Shown here piece by piece: positions 1-10,281 of a stretch of 64,000 nt of DNA. The notes beneath the pieces are model-generated. The model saw nothing but the letters and a program-made list of their open reading frames with translations, did no database searches and was not told where the DNA came from. Each line of letters begins with the position of its first letter. Positions within the stretch are counted from its first letter, which is position 1. The position numbers were made by a program, and so were the translations under genes. The stretch is taken from NCBI GenBank assembly GCA_010093815.1, contig ML996579.1. One strand, written 5' to 3'. This stretch comes from Pseudovirgaria hyperparasitica (taxonomy: Eukaryota).

Positions 1-797
1 CCACGGTTCGGCATAGCGGCATGGCTACCGTTGTAAAGCGGGATTGCTCCTTGACTGTTTGGGTTCGGAGGTTCGTTCATGGGTATTGAAGGATTGTTTG
101 CATTACTGAACCCCCCGAATTGTAATGGAGCGCGTGCCTGCGAGTCAGATGGAGTAACAACAGGAAAGTTATCGAGAGCGAGGGTTGCAGAGGGGGCAGG
201 ACCTTGACGAGCAAGGAGTTCTGGCCCATTGCCTCCACAATGACAATGACCTTGGGCTTCGTGACGTCTACAGGAGCGGCGTCCTTCGGGTCTTGGGCCA
301 GAGTAGATCCCATTGCTGTCGTTATCGTCGAAATCGTAATCGTCATATAGTTCGTCGTAATCAAAGTATATAGGCGCGGCTATGCCATCGATAAAGAGTC
401 CAAGCCGTGGATCTAAATGCATTCTACCGTAGCCGGTCCGGTCATAAATGATGTCCCAGCATCGATAGAGAAGAAGAATCTTGAAAGCGTGCTCATCGAA
501 CGGAATCAAGCGTCTCGCCAAACTATGAGGGTCGCCGTACAGCTCATACGCCACAAACCACAACTCTGTCGAAATCTGTACGATAAGTTCATCTGGACAG
601 CGTTCGAGAACGCGATATGAGAGTGGCATATCTACCCATAGAGTCTCATCGCCATAGTAGACAGGTGGGATTTCCAGCTTGCTGATAATCATCCCCACGC
701 CTCGGCGCGTCAGTTCATGCTCGATATCTAGGGCCTCGATGTCGTAACCTAGAGACCGAATCTCGATGATACCGGGTCCGATTAAACGGGATCCCAT
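1..797 (-). CDS. Hypothetical protein, 5' part (runs off the left edge of the window)
   Basis: Manual translation from ATG at 797 gives ~265 codons with no stop to position 1 (MGSRLIGPGIIEIRSLGYDIEALDIEHELTRRG...FDYDELYDDYDFDDND...). Absent from the ORF track because the stop lies outside the window. Confidence 0.65.
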   Translation of the reverse strand, partial: MGSRLIGPGIIEIRSLGYDIEALDIEHELTRRGVGMIISKLEIPPVYYGDETLWVDMPLSYRVLERCPDELIVQISTELWFVAYELYGDPHSLARRLIPFDEHAFKILLLYRCWDIIYDRTGYGRMHLDPRLGLFIDGIAAPIYFDYDELYDDYDFDDNDSNGIYSGPRPEGRRSCRRHEAQGHCHCGGNGPELLARQGPAPSATLALDNFPVVTPSDSQARAPLQFGGFSNANNPSIPMNEPPNPNSQGAIPLYNGSHAAMPNR

Positions 798-1282
798 GTT
801 GAGCGTTTCTTGTAGTATGCCTTGGGATGTCGAGACTGTCGTAAGAAGGTTACAGCTTTGCAGGAAATATCAAGGTAGATGTGCTTATTGGTTATGAGCA
901 CAAGAGGCTCGCCCCTATATGCTGTATCGACGACGCAGCTGTCACTGACCCCTGCGCTGGAGGATACCTCGTGTAAGATGTGTGCAGAAAATACTGGAGC
1001 GTGGCCCTAACGATATGCTTCAATGTTATCGACATGCTCTTGAACGCTGTGTCAAACGAGTGAATCACCTCTAGTCCCCATTTTGATAACGCTGTGGACT
1101 TCTTATGTGCCGCTACTGCCAGCGCATGAGCGTCGATGACAGTGGACCGTATATGAAGACCTTCACAGAATGGCTAGTATAGAACTCTCTTCCATAGACG
1201 GTGTGCTAGAAGTTAGGGCCAAAGACGTTTCTTTTGGGCTGACGGTGATTTGAACAGCAGAAATGATTCTGAAATTTAGAGT

Positions 1283-4267
1283 TCATGTCTCCGAGTCACT
1301 TTCCAGGGCTTGTAGTTTTTTTAACGCTCTCGCGCTCTCCTCTATGTGATAGGATAACGTGCGCCGGAGATGCACTATCTCAAGCTCCCTAGCCGGTGCC
1401 GGCATTGATGTAGCTGAGATTAGAGCTGGCCTTGCTCCAAAGCCTTTAACAGATCGCAACTCAGAGGGTGGGCCAGCAACAACCTGCGCTGCTTCGCCTG
1501 AAGAAATTGTTGCTGGACATCTACTTGGATCTGGAGTCGTAGGGGCACTATGCTTTCGACGTTTCGGTAAAGCAGATGAACAGCATTCTCCTGGAGACCT
1601 TGCATCTAACCAGGCGTGGACAGGTGCCGGGTCGAATATACCTTGGCGTGACCGGGATCGTTTCTTCTTGTATGACTGTTGAGGTGGTTGAGAGACCACT
1701 TCTTCTGCTTTGACCAAGGGCAGCTCAACCACGGCTGTACTGGTCTTTCCACATTGTGGCATGTCTGAGACCTTTCGCAGAGCCTCCTCTGTGGAGGGCG
1801 GTGTTGGTAGTGAGTCATAATTTGTAAATCTACTGGAAGGTATGGCATCTTTCGCTACTGTGTTCAGCGTGATTGACGAACTATGAATGTTGATCTCTCG
1901 TAATGCTGACGAGTTGGTATTGTCTGTTGGTCCCAGTCTGGCGATCCCAAGCTCTGGCATGTCTGTGGTCGAGTATGATGAAGCGAAGGCTTCAATCGGC
2001 TGGACACGATCGCCTGTATCAATGCGTACAAGCAGCGGTTGTGTTCGTCCAGATCTGGGGCTTCTCCTGGTCCGCGCTATCATGGGAGTCGACATGACAG
2101 ACTCAATCGACCTTGGTGTCGTTTCTTGCGCTATTTTTAGGGAATCATTCGTCCTCTGTGACTCTTTGGCCTTGATCGCATTGATCAAATCTCTGTACCT
2201 CTGAGAGGTCTTATTGATCTCTTCTTGACTTGGTATCGGTAGACTGTGAGCCTCTTCGGCCATGGTTTGAAGATCGTCCAAGCTGACTGTGTCCTCCCAT
2301 GATCGATCCAGATGATGTTTTAGCATACGAGGATGTCTCAGCATATAGATGCTCTCATTCGGCATCTTGACGAAGCCGCTCCCAAGAACTTCAACGACCA
2401 TAGGCTCCTTGAAATAGTGGCTCATAGGCAGTAGGTTACTGTTGTGAATATATTCAATCTCAAATGGCGACTCACTCTTAAAATGAGTTTGTGTGAACTC
2501 ATCTGCAACAAAGCTACCATGTATATTTATGCTTTTCAAGACCGCATCTGGTATACAATGGTCCTGTGAGATCATACCAACGATTCTATATCTTGGCTTG
2601 GAGTTACATTGTAACACAGACTTCGTGTTGACGAGACAGCCCAAGTAGAACGTAGTCCACCGAAGATTCCGCATTGAAGACTTTTGAGCCTGTTGCGGAT
2701 TGTAGCGTGCTCCGATGATGGCAAAGTCAGCAACGTCTCGACCACCACCTAGCTCTTCCATATAGTCTGCTTTCATCTTGATGAAATATCGAGGAGAAGT
2801 TGCGTTTGTTTCGCCGCCATGACTTGACCGCCCAAGAGATATATATGGCGCATCTGCTGGCTTTAGAATTAGTCCTTCATGACCTCGGTATCGTGCTATT
2901 GCAAAGTGTTCAAGTACGCGCCGCTCAGCACATGGATCGGAGAAGTCTACAGTCACTCTTTCTGCTCTCGCGGCTCGCCCATGCCGTAGCTTGACCATTG
3001 TTGAAAGTATGCGTCGCCGTTCTAGATACGGGAGACTGAGTGTAAAGTTGTCATCTATAACAAGGACATCGAAATAGACAATTTTGAGATGTTCCCAAGG
3101 GTGGCATTGCGAATCGGCACTTGTACCAATCAGGCGTCCAGAACGCCTTATATGTTTTCGTATCTTGTCAAAGTCGGCGATCCTGTCTTCTCTGTCGTCA
3201 TAAACGACCATTTCGCCCAATACTATACAGCGCTGTTGAAAGGCGCATCGTTGCGTTCCGATTTGAAGACTTTCCATAATGGTTGCGTGAAGCTTATGGC
3301 GATCTTTTGTGGAGTCCTTTCCGCTTTTCGAAAAAATTTGAATCATGTTCTCCTTTGTAGCCAAGTCGACGTGGATTTCGCAATATTCGCCATCATACTT
3401 GCGCTCAACCACCCACTTGTGACCACGAGCGAGTTGCAGACAGTGTTTTACTGAGCGTGCCTTATGAAAGTTTGGCCTCCCAACCTTGACGCCTAGCACA
3501 GGCTGAAGCTGTCGATCGACTATTTGCATGATGGACTTGCGTTCTCGATCACTTGGACAAGCTGGGACATGGCCGAGGGATTCTTTCAGGAAGCGTGTTG
3601 CTTCCAACAGATCGTCTTGGAATTTCATCAAGCCAGGAAGGAGGAAATGGAAACACTTGAGTATCAATGGCTCGTCCATCAAGACAGGAGAAAAGTCCTT
3701 GAGTATAAGTCTGACAAGCCATTTAGCATCCTTTGAGTATGCCTTTTTGAACAAGGGATTAAGAATAGTTTGCCTGTCCCGTCTTTGAGATTCTTCAAGC
3801 GCTAATGCTCGAATACGTGGACTAGAATGTGGTTGTTGGGAAGCGATTTCGGTAAGAGCCTTGTCTACTTCGCGAAGCATAAGAGGGCCAGATCCAGGAC
3901 GAGACGAGGAATCGAATTGAGCAAGGACCCTCTGGACTGAGTTGCCGAGATCGCCTTTGCCAGGCTCCCGAAAGGATTGAAGAGATCTGGTATTGGCGAC
4001 TCCAAAGCCGAAAATACGAGGTACCAGCCTTACCAATGTCTCCTGCTGAATAGCATATACTCGATCAGAGCGCTTATGCGGCAGCAAAGTCGACAAAATC
4101 GCACCCAGGTCGATCTCGTGAGGACTGAGCTCGGTCTGGTATTTACGAAACCATGATTCAAATGCGACGCGTTTTGAACGCTCTTTTTCCGACTTCGAGA
4201 CTGGCTTCGGATGCGTCTCAAATCTCTCCAAACTCTCCAGGAGCTCGGTGATGATTGAAAATTTCAT
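1283..4267 (-). CDS. ATP-dependent DNA ligase (ligase IV-like core, no recognisable BRCT domains, disordered C-tail)
   Basis: Single ~994 aa ORF with nucleotidyltransferase motifs I (ERKYDGEY), III (VLGEMVV), IIIa (VYFDVL), IV (HEGLILKP), V (FIKMKADY) and VI (LRHPR), preceded by a ligase DNA-binding-domain-like N-terminus. Confidence 0.9.
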   Translation of the reverse strand: MKFSIITELLESLERFETHPKPVSKSEKERSKRVAFESWFRKYQTELSPHEIDLGAILSTLLPHKRSDRVYAIQQETLVRLVPRIFGFGVANTRSLQSFREPGKGDLGNSVQRVLAQFDSSSRPGSGPLMLREVDKALTEIASQQPHSSPRIRALALEESQRRDRQTILNPLFKKAYSKDAKWLVRLILKDFSPVLMDEPLILKCFHFLLPGLMKFQDDLLEATRFLKESLGHVPACPSDRERKSIMQIVDRQLQPVLGVKVGRPNFHKARSVKHCLQLARGHKWVVERKYDGEYCEIHVDLATKENMIQIFSKSGKDSTKDRHKLHATIMESLQIGTQRCAFQQRCIVLGEMVVYDDREDRIADFDKIRKHIRRSGRLIGTSADSQCHPWEHLKIVYFDVLVIDDNFTLSLPYLERRRILSTMVKLRHGRAARAERVTVDFSDPCAERRVLEHFAIARYRGHEGLILKPADAPYISLGRSSHGGETNATSPRYFIKMKADYMEELGGGRDVADFAIIGARYNPQQAQKSSMRNLRWTTFYLGCLVNTKSVLQCNSKPRYRIVGMISQDHCIPDAVLKSINIHGSFVADEFTQTHFKSESPFEIEYIHNSNLLPMSHYFKEPMVVEVLGSGFVKMPNESIYMLRHPRMLKHHLDRSWEDTVSLDDLQTMAEEAHSLPIPSQEEINKTSQRYRDLINAIKAKESQRTNDSLKIAQETTPRSIESVMSTPMIARTRRSPRSGRTQPLLVRIDTGDRVQPIEAFASSYSTTDMPELGIARLGPTDNTNSSALREINIHSSSITLNTVAKDAIPSSRFTNYDSLPTPPSTEEALRKVSDMPQCGKTSTAVVELPLVKAEEVVSQPPQQSYKKKRSRSRQGIFDPAPVHAWLDARSPGECCSSALPKRRKHSAPTTPDPSRCPATISSGEAAQVVAGPPSELRSVKGFGARPALISATSMPAPARELEIVHLRRTLSYHIEESARALKKLQALESDSET

Positions 4268-4516
4268 CAAAGATGCTTCCGACGCATTGCGTCAAAATAT
4301 ACTGCAGACTAGGATTTGTATCGGAACTGATTAAAAACTAGTTCAGTCGATACCCTCTGACCCTTAAATTAATATGTTTAAGAGACAATGCGTTCCAAAA
4401 TCCAAGCCCAACTGAAGGAGTAGTATGTAGGATAAAACTGCCTCAGACGTGAGGCAGGGCTCAGTGTTGCAAAACTTTCTCCTGGAGAGACTGGAGTTAG
4501 TTGGATGTGAAAGAAA

Positions 4517-4571
4517 CCGCGTGGTGAACGCGACAGGTCTTACGGATCCTCCCGTCCAAGAAACCACGCGC
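4517..4571. promoter_or_regulatory. MCB-like (ACGCG) element cluster upstream of the DNA ligase
   Basis: CCGCGT 4517-4522, ACGCGA 4528-4533 and ACGCGC 4566-4571, 250-300 bp upstream of the ATG; a further exact ACGCGT at 4814-4819. Confidence 0.45.
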
Positions 4572-5214
4572 TAAGCAACGAAGGCACGTGATACAGACCA
4601 AACGCTAAACTCAGTAACTATGTCTCTCTTCTAATTAATTACCCCTTTCGTTAATATATGCTCGATTTGGCTACACATGGTAGCCTCCTGCGCTATAATT
4701 ATAATAAGAAAGCGGAGTCTTGCATGCAGAAAGGATGCGCTAATCTAATACGGTAATATCTTATCTCCGCACGATAAATGGAATGGGAGCGGAGTCGGCC
4801 AGCAAATTGTCCGACGCGTCTGCAAGTCCTGGGACAGACTTCCATTGATTGGTATGAATTCAATGTCCGAGTCCATTAGGAGTGATATCGCCGCATGGCT
4901 TGATTACGATCCATGCGCTGCTTTGCAATCACTATAGAAGCATTCCTGCCATGTTGCCTGAAGTGCTCCTGGGCTAGCTAGTGAGGCACGACTGCGTCTA
5001 CGGTCCTCTGTTTGATGCAAAGATGACTGCATCATACCGCGTACTGTACTATCTATATAAACCACGTACATTCCTATCACATACGGACCACTGAACCAAA
5101 GTCAAGCCATTTAACCATCTCGCAGCATCATAGCTATTCGATATTCATATCAACAAGCAACTCGATATCCGGAAACTGTAGCAAACGAACAAAGTACACA
5201 ATCCAGCCGCAGCC

Positions 5215-6072
5215 ATGGCCAAAGTCAATACCGCGGACCTCAAACTCGCCAAAAACGACCTTATCGAGCGCGGCTCCAAAGACCCAACGCCCCTCGGTTC
5301 CGCCATATTCGTTGGCTTCCGCTTCCTCGATCCGCTCTGGCAATATCAACTTCTCGCTTACGGGACTGGCAATGCACTCATCACCAGACTCGGCGGCACA
5401 GTAATCCCTCCAGGTATCGCCGTACACACGGGTATCAGCTCCATAGACTCTCTCGGACTGTCACCACATCGCTTAGTGCTACTGGGTATGGGTATCGGCG
5501 CGATGCTCAAGCAGAACCACTGGCAGCTGTTCCTTTCAGGTGAGCCAATGCCGGTGCCTGCAGCGCTAATGGTGGGCACGTTCAACATCTTCCTGGATAC
5601 GCTGAGTACAATCTTCTTCCTGAACCGCTTTACTTCCACGGCGCAAGCGGGCGAGACCACGCTGTCCGCCAAAGTGGTAGTTGGAGGTGCACTGTATGTT
5701 CTTGGACTTGCGCTAGAATGGTATTCTGAGATACAGAGGAAGGCTTTCAAGGCTAACCCCAAGAACGAAGGGAAGGCGTACACGGGCGGTCTTTGGAGTC
5801 TGGCGCGGCATATTAACTATGCTGGGTATGCATTGTGGCGGACTGGGTTTGCTATGGCGAGTGGGGGGCTTGCTTGGGGGGCGGTCATTGCAGCGCTGAA
5901 CATGAGTGTGTTCATTGGCAGTAGCATCCCTATCCTAGATGAGTACTGTGATAAGAGAGTAAGTGACTGGGTCGACGCAAGAGGATCTTGACTAACATGA
6001 ACATAGTATGGTGAACAATGGGCGGCTTTCAAGCGTCAGACTCCTTACAAGCTGTTTCCATACATCCTATGA
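5215..6072 (+). CDS. DUF1295 / steroid 5-alpha-reductase-like membrane protein
   Basis: Hydrophobic segments and the motif YTGGLWSLARHINYAGYALW; intron 5959-6006 (GTAAGT..CTAAC..TAG) gives the last exon YGEQWAAFKRQTPYKLFPYIL*. Confidence 0.85.
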
Positions 6073-6254
6073 GCCATGGCATATGGCCATAACCTCGGTA
6101 TCATGTAAGAGCAAAAGAAGTAGTTAAGTCAAATCTAGAGTTCTACTGTAGCGTTGCATCATACACAACATATCGTATCATTCACAGAATGATCATACAA
6201 CTGTATTCCAACGCCTGGGTATGCCAACAAGAAAACATCACATCGTCCCGTGCC

Positions 6255-8580
6255 TCACACTCCGCTTCGATACACTTGCCCGCCACCTTGCCGTATTTGC
6301 ACAGTTTCTCTCCTTTGCAGAACGATTAGAGCTCTGTTCAATGCACCTTCACTGAACCCTCGTCCATCGACGAATTCCCTCTTAAGTGTGGCCAGACTCG
6401 TCGACCAGCCAATTGGCAGTCTGCGTCGTAGCTCCTCTTCGACTTTACCAACCTCGTCCATTAGCTCTTTGCTGCCAGCACCCTCACCTTGACTAACAGC
6501 ATCCATAGTGGATGCAAGGAACAGTCGAATCGCTTCGTCCACATGCTCCTCCGTGGCAATTGGAGTTAGGGACAGTTTCGCTAGCGACTCTGTAATACGA
6601 ACAATAGCTTCGAGTTGACGGATGGTGATAGGAATGGAGGATCGAGTGTTAGAGGAGAGTTCTGACGCATGAATCTGGTGACGGATAGACACAAAGTGAG
6701 ACGTGAGTTTCTGGATAGCACCATCAGAAAGTCGGGGAGCGCATTTCCTATCCCAGATCATTAGCTGTTGAATATGTCGTGCTTTTTGGATTCTGAACTT
6801 ACTGCTTGCAATAGCTAATGTATCGCTTCATCTTGTCCACGGAAATTTCGGCTTGTACTTGCTCTTCCACACCGCGCCCACCCATATGTATGCCCATAAC
6901 GTGCTTTGCAATGCGCTCATCCCGACCACGCTCGTGTTCGTCGCGCACGATGAATATCATATCGAAACGGGACAGAATGGTAGTTTGGAAATCAATGTTT
7001 TCGCCTGGTGTCTTGAGATCGTCATATCGACCAAAAATCGGGTTGGCAGCTGCAAGGACCGAGGTGCGAGCGTTCAAGATGGTTGTGATTCCAGCCTTGG
7101 CGATGGAGATCGTCTGCTGTTCCATGGCCTCATGTATAGCCACGCGATCTTCGTCGCGCATTTTATCAAACTCGTCGATACACACGACTCCACCGTCAGC
7201 TAGCACCATAGCACCACCTTCAAGATAGAACTCTCGCGTGTTAGTGTCGCGCTGGACTGAAGCTGTAAGACCCGCCGCGGAAGAACCCTTTCCGGATGTA
7301 TAGATAGCAATTGGAGCGACCTTCTCTACGAACTTGAGGAGCTGTGACTTGGCCGTACCCGGGTCACCAAGCAGTAGTACATTGATATCCCCACGGAGTT
7401 TCATACCGTCGGGTAGGATCTTCTTCGATCCACCCATCAGAAGACAAGCGATGGCCTTCTTGATATCTTTGTTACCGTAAATCGACGGCGCGATTGACTC
7501 CGCGAACGCGTCGTAAAGATCGGGCCGCCGGCTCATCTCCAGAAATTCTTGCTCCTCTTCTTCCGTAAAGGTTGCGTTCCCTTTCATGGTATGATCAATG
7601 TCTGTCCGAATACCCACTGCACGCAGATAGGGGTTGCGGATCGCAACAGCAGCACTCTGGGCTCTCTTTGACCCTTTAGATTGGTAGATCGAGAAGACAC
7701 CCATGACTGTACAACGTGATCCCGGGACGACACGATTCGTGAGATAGCGATCGGCCGAAATAAGGATGTGGCGAGGCAATTCACCGACTGGGACCTGATC
7801 CGGCGCCTCTTGCAGTTTCAGGACTTGCTGATCGATGAAGTGAGACTTCTCATGCACCACGACGTAAGGATCCAGAGGACACTTTTCTGCATTATCGCCC
7901 TGCATTTTCTCACGCGCGCATGTTCGAGGCAGGGACAGGCCGGAGAACCCGTCGGAGACTCCGATTTTATTTGTGTGTTGACAATTTCGGCACTGAATCG
8001 TGAGAGCCGTGGCTTTTGAGGAGAGGGTTGAGGCGCCAATGATGATTCCGGGTATGCGGACAAGTTTCGATACACTTGTAGCTGTCAAGTCACGAATAGA
8101 CACTTGTGCGGCTCCCGAGTGTAGGAGTAGTTGATGCTCAGGGAGTTCGACGTCCTTCGCAGAAGGATATACAATTCTTCGAGAGCAGATCTTCAGAGCG
8201 GACTCAAACTATCAAGGATCAGCGCGCCACATCCATGTATCAAGAAGTCAAAACGTACGAGGGGGATGATCTCTGCTGGATCACTTGTGAGCTTGTTCGC
8301 GAGCTCTTCGTTATAGGAGATAAGATGGGCAACGTCTATGTCGCAATAGTACTGTTTGATGAGGACATTTTCGCGGATTTGATCTCTTGAATGTTATCAG
8401 CATCTTAAGTGAGTAGCCATAGGAGCGCAAGAGTGCTGACCGGTATATGAAGACATTGTCCAGTCTGAAGTCCAAGATAAAGTCAACGAGCTGCTGTTGG
8501 ACCTGTGCCGGCGCATGTTCTCCGTCTTCGCTGCGATCCGCGCCAAATAGATTGAGAGAGTACACTGTTCGACGGTCCAT
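6255..8580 (-). CDS. MCM5: DNA replication licensing factor MCM5
   Basis: MCM AAA+ motifs [20 protein letters not shown] and [11 protein letters not shown]; zinc finger CRNC..C..CPLDPY; N-terminus MDRRTVYS; introns 8386-8440, 8209-8258, 6748-6802. Confidence 0.97.
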
Positions 8581-8660
8581 GGTTGATAATGTTTGTATCA
8601 ATGACGACGGCGAGGTTTGACTTCGAAAGGTGGAGGGGGGATTTCGCCAAGATGAAGCAG

Positions 8661-8700
8661 GCGCGTAACGCGAAATTGAACGCGTCTTGTCACGTTCGCG
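8661..8700. promoter_or_regulatory. MCB/SCB-type G1/S element cluster upstream of MCM5
   Basis: GCGCGT 8661, ACGCGAAA 8668, ACGCGT 8680 and TCGCG 8696 within 40 bp, 80-120 bp upstream of the MCM5 ATG. MBF control of replication genes is established in ascomycetes. Confidence 0.7.
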
Positions 8701-10281
8701 GATGGTTCAATTAAGACTCAAAGCGGCTAGCCCAACATGCCAGCCACCAGGCTTGTTGTATTTGACGGCATGACCACACTAACTTTTTCTCGTGCGATGA
8801 ATTTCTTCACTGACATCAATATAAGCTATTAATTATGTCTTACGGGCGACCGAGTGCTCCAGCAGAAGTCAACCATTAAAACTTGAAAGTAGCGTCGTTT
8901 TCGTAGCCATTGAAGATCAAGGCACCTCAAATGTATGGTGAGAATTCATAGCATCCAGCAGTATATGGCTATGCTGTGGAAGACAAGAGGTATCTCTGTT
9001 CAGTGTGCATTGCTTTCATCAAGCTTGTCTCGGGTTCATGACCTACGTGCCACAGACTTCGGAGTGTGCAGCATCGATGTGGACCGTTCATGACAATATA
9101 AGGTAACAAGGAGAACTACCTCATACTGAACTGGCCACTCTTCCATGCTACTTCGGCTTACCTGATCGCTCGACAAGTTGCATGATGGGTATTGTTCATA
9201 GGGTGACTGGACCCTGGCTCACACTAATCGTGGATGGTAATTAGGGTTGTTGTTGGATTGTTGGATTCTCTTCATCCGGATTGGGTCCATTGTTATGACT
9301 TTCTACAGCTAGCGTTTGGTCAGTGCTACCACATCAACTTCCAGGTTGTGACTAGCATAATCACTTGCAACAGGGCCAGCGTGTATGTTATATTGTGGTG
9401 TTCTTGTCTATCAGAGCCTGGGGAAGAAGTGGTAGCAACGGCATATCAGAAGAGTTGAGGCATAATTACCGCGAAAAGTTTCGTCTATCTCGGGGACAGG
9501 AGGCACGCCGCACGCGCATAGCGGAACCCGCAACACCCATGCCGGACTCGGCCCGAGTCACGCGTAAAATTCAGGTCGGCGAGGTGACGATGATGGACAC
9601 TGGGGGTCGACGATGGGACATCCGGGTCCATGCATGGATGCAGGCAAGAGGCCACAGCCATAGCAGCCCAATAGCAACAGCCAATTCCCAGCATTCGCAC
9701 TTCTCGAACAACGTTTGCATTACACTAAGACTCTACGACTCAGCAGTAGGTAAGCTTCATAAAGTAGCATCTATAGCGCTTTATGATACACTACGTACAC
9801 AGTATACTAACTGATCCTAATACAAGACCGCAAAGTCGTCTTTTGCAAATTTATGAGGTCGAGGAGGGACTCGCACAGTAGATGAAACAATACCAGGGAA
9901 GCAATAAAAGGACCGATAACGATGAGCTTTCCGTGAATGTTCTGCATATTCTTCTTCCTTTCCAGATTCCGAAGATACCAAGCCTTCCAAATGCGCAAGG
10001 CCAAGCGTTTTGACTCAATCGGTCGAAAGAACATCATTCCACCGTTTTGTCTATAACACTGTCATGCTTCTATAGTCTGCCCACAGGTACCCACTCCAAC
10101 AGCTAGCTGCGGCATTCTCCCGTGACGGTGAACAATCTCAAAAAGTCATGATGGCACTCAATCACAATATGGCTCCGGTTCTATTATATAACTCTAAGCC
10201 CGCTGCCGAAGCCAGTAGAGGTATATAACTAGTTTTCGTACCTCATGTCATAACCACGGTGACTCTGCTTCAAGCTCGGCC

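Noticed and set aside
9807..10037. 76-aa minus-strand ORF with a hydrophobic stretch
   Set aside because: Short, no recognisable homology or splice support, and it lies in the promoter of the secreted-protein gene.
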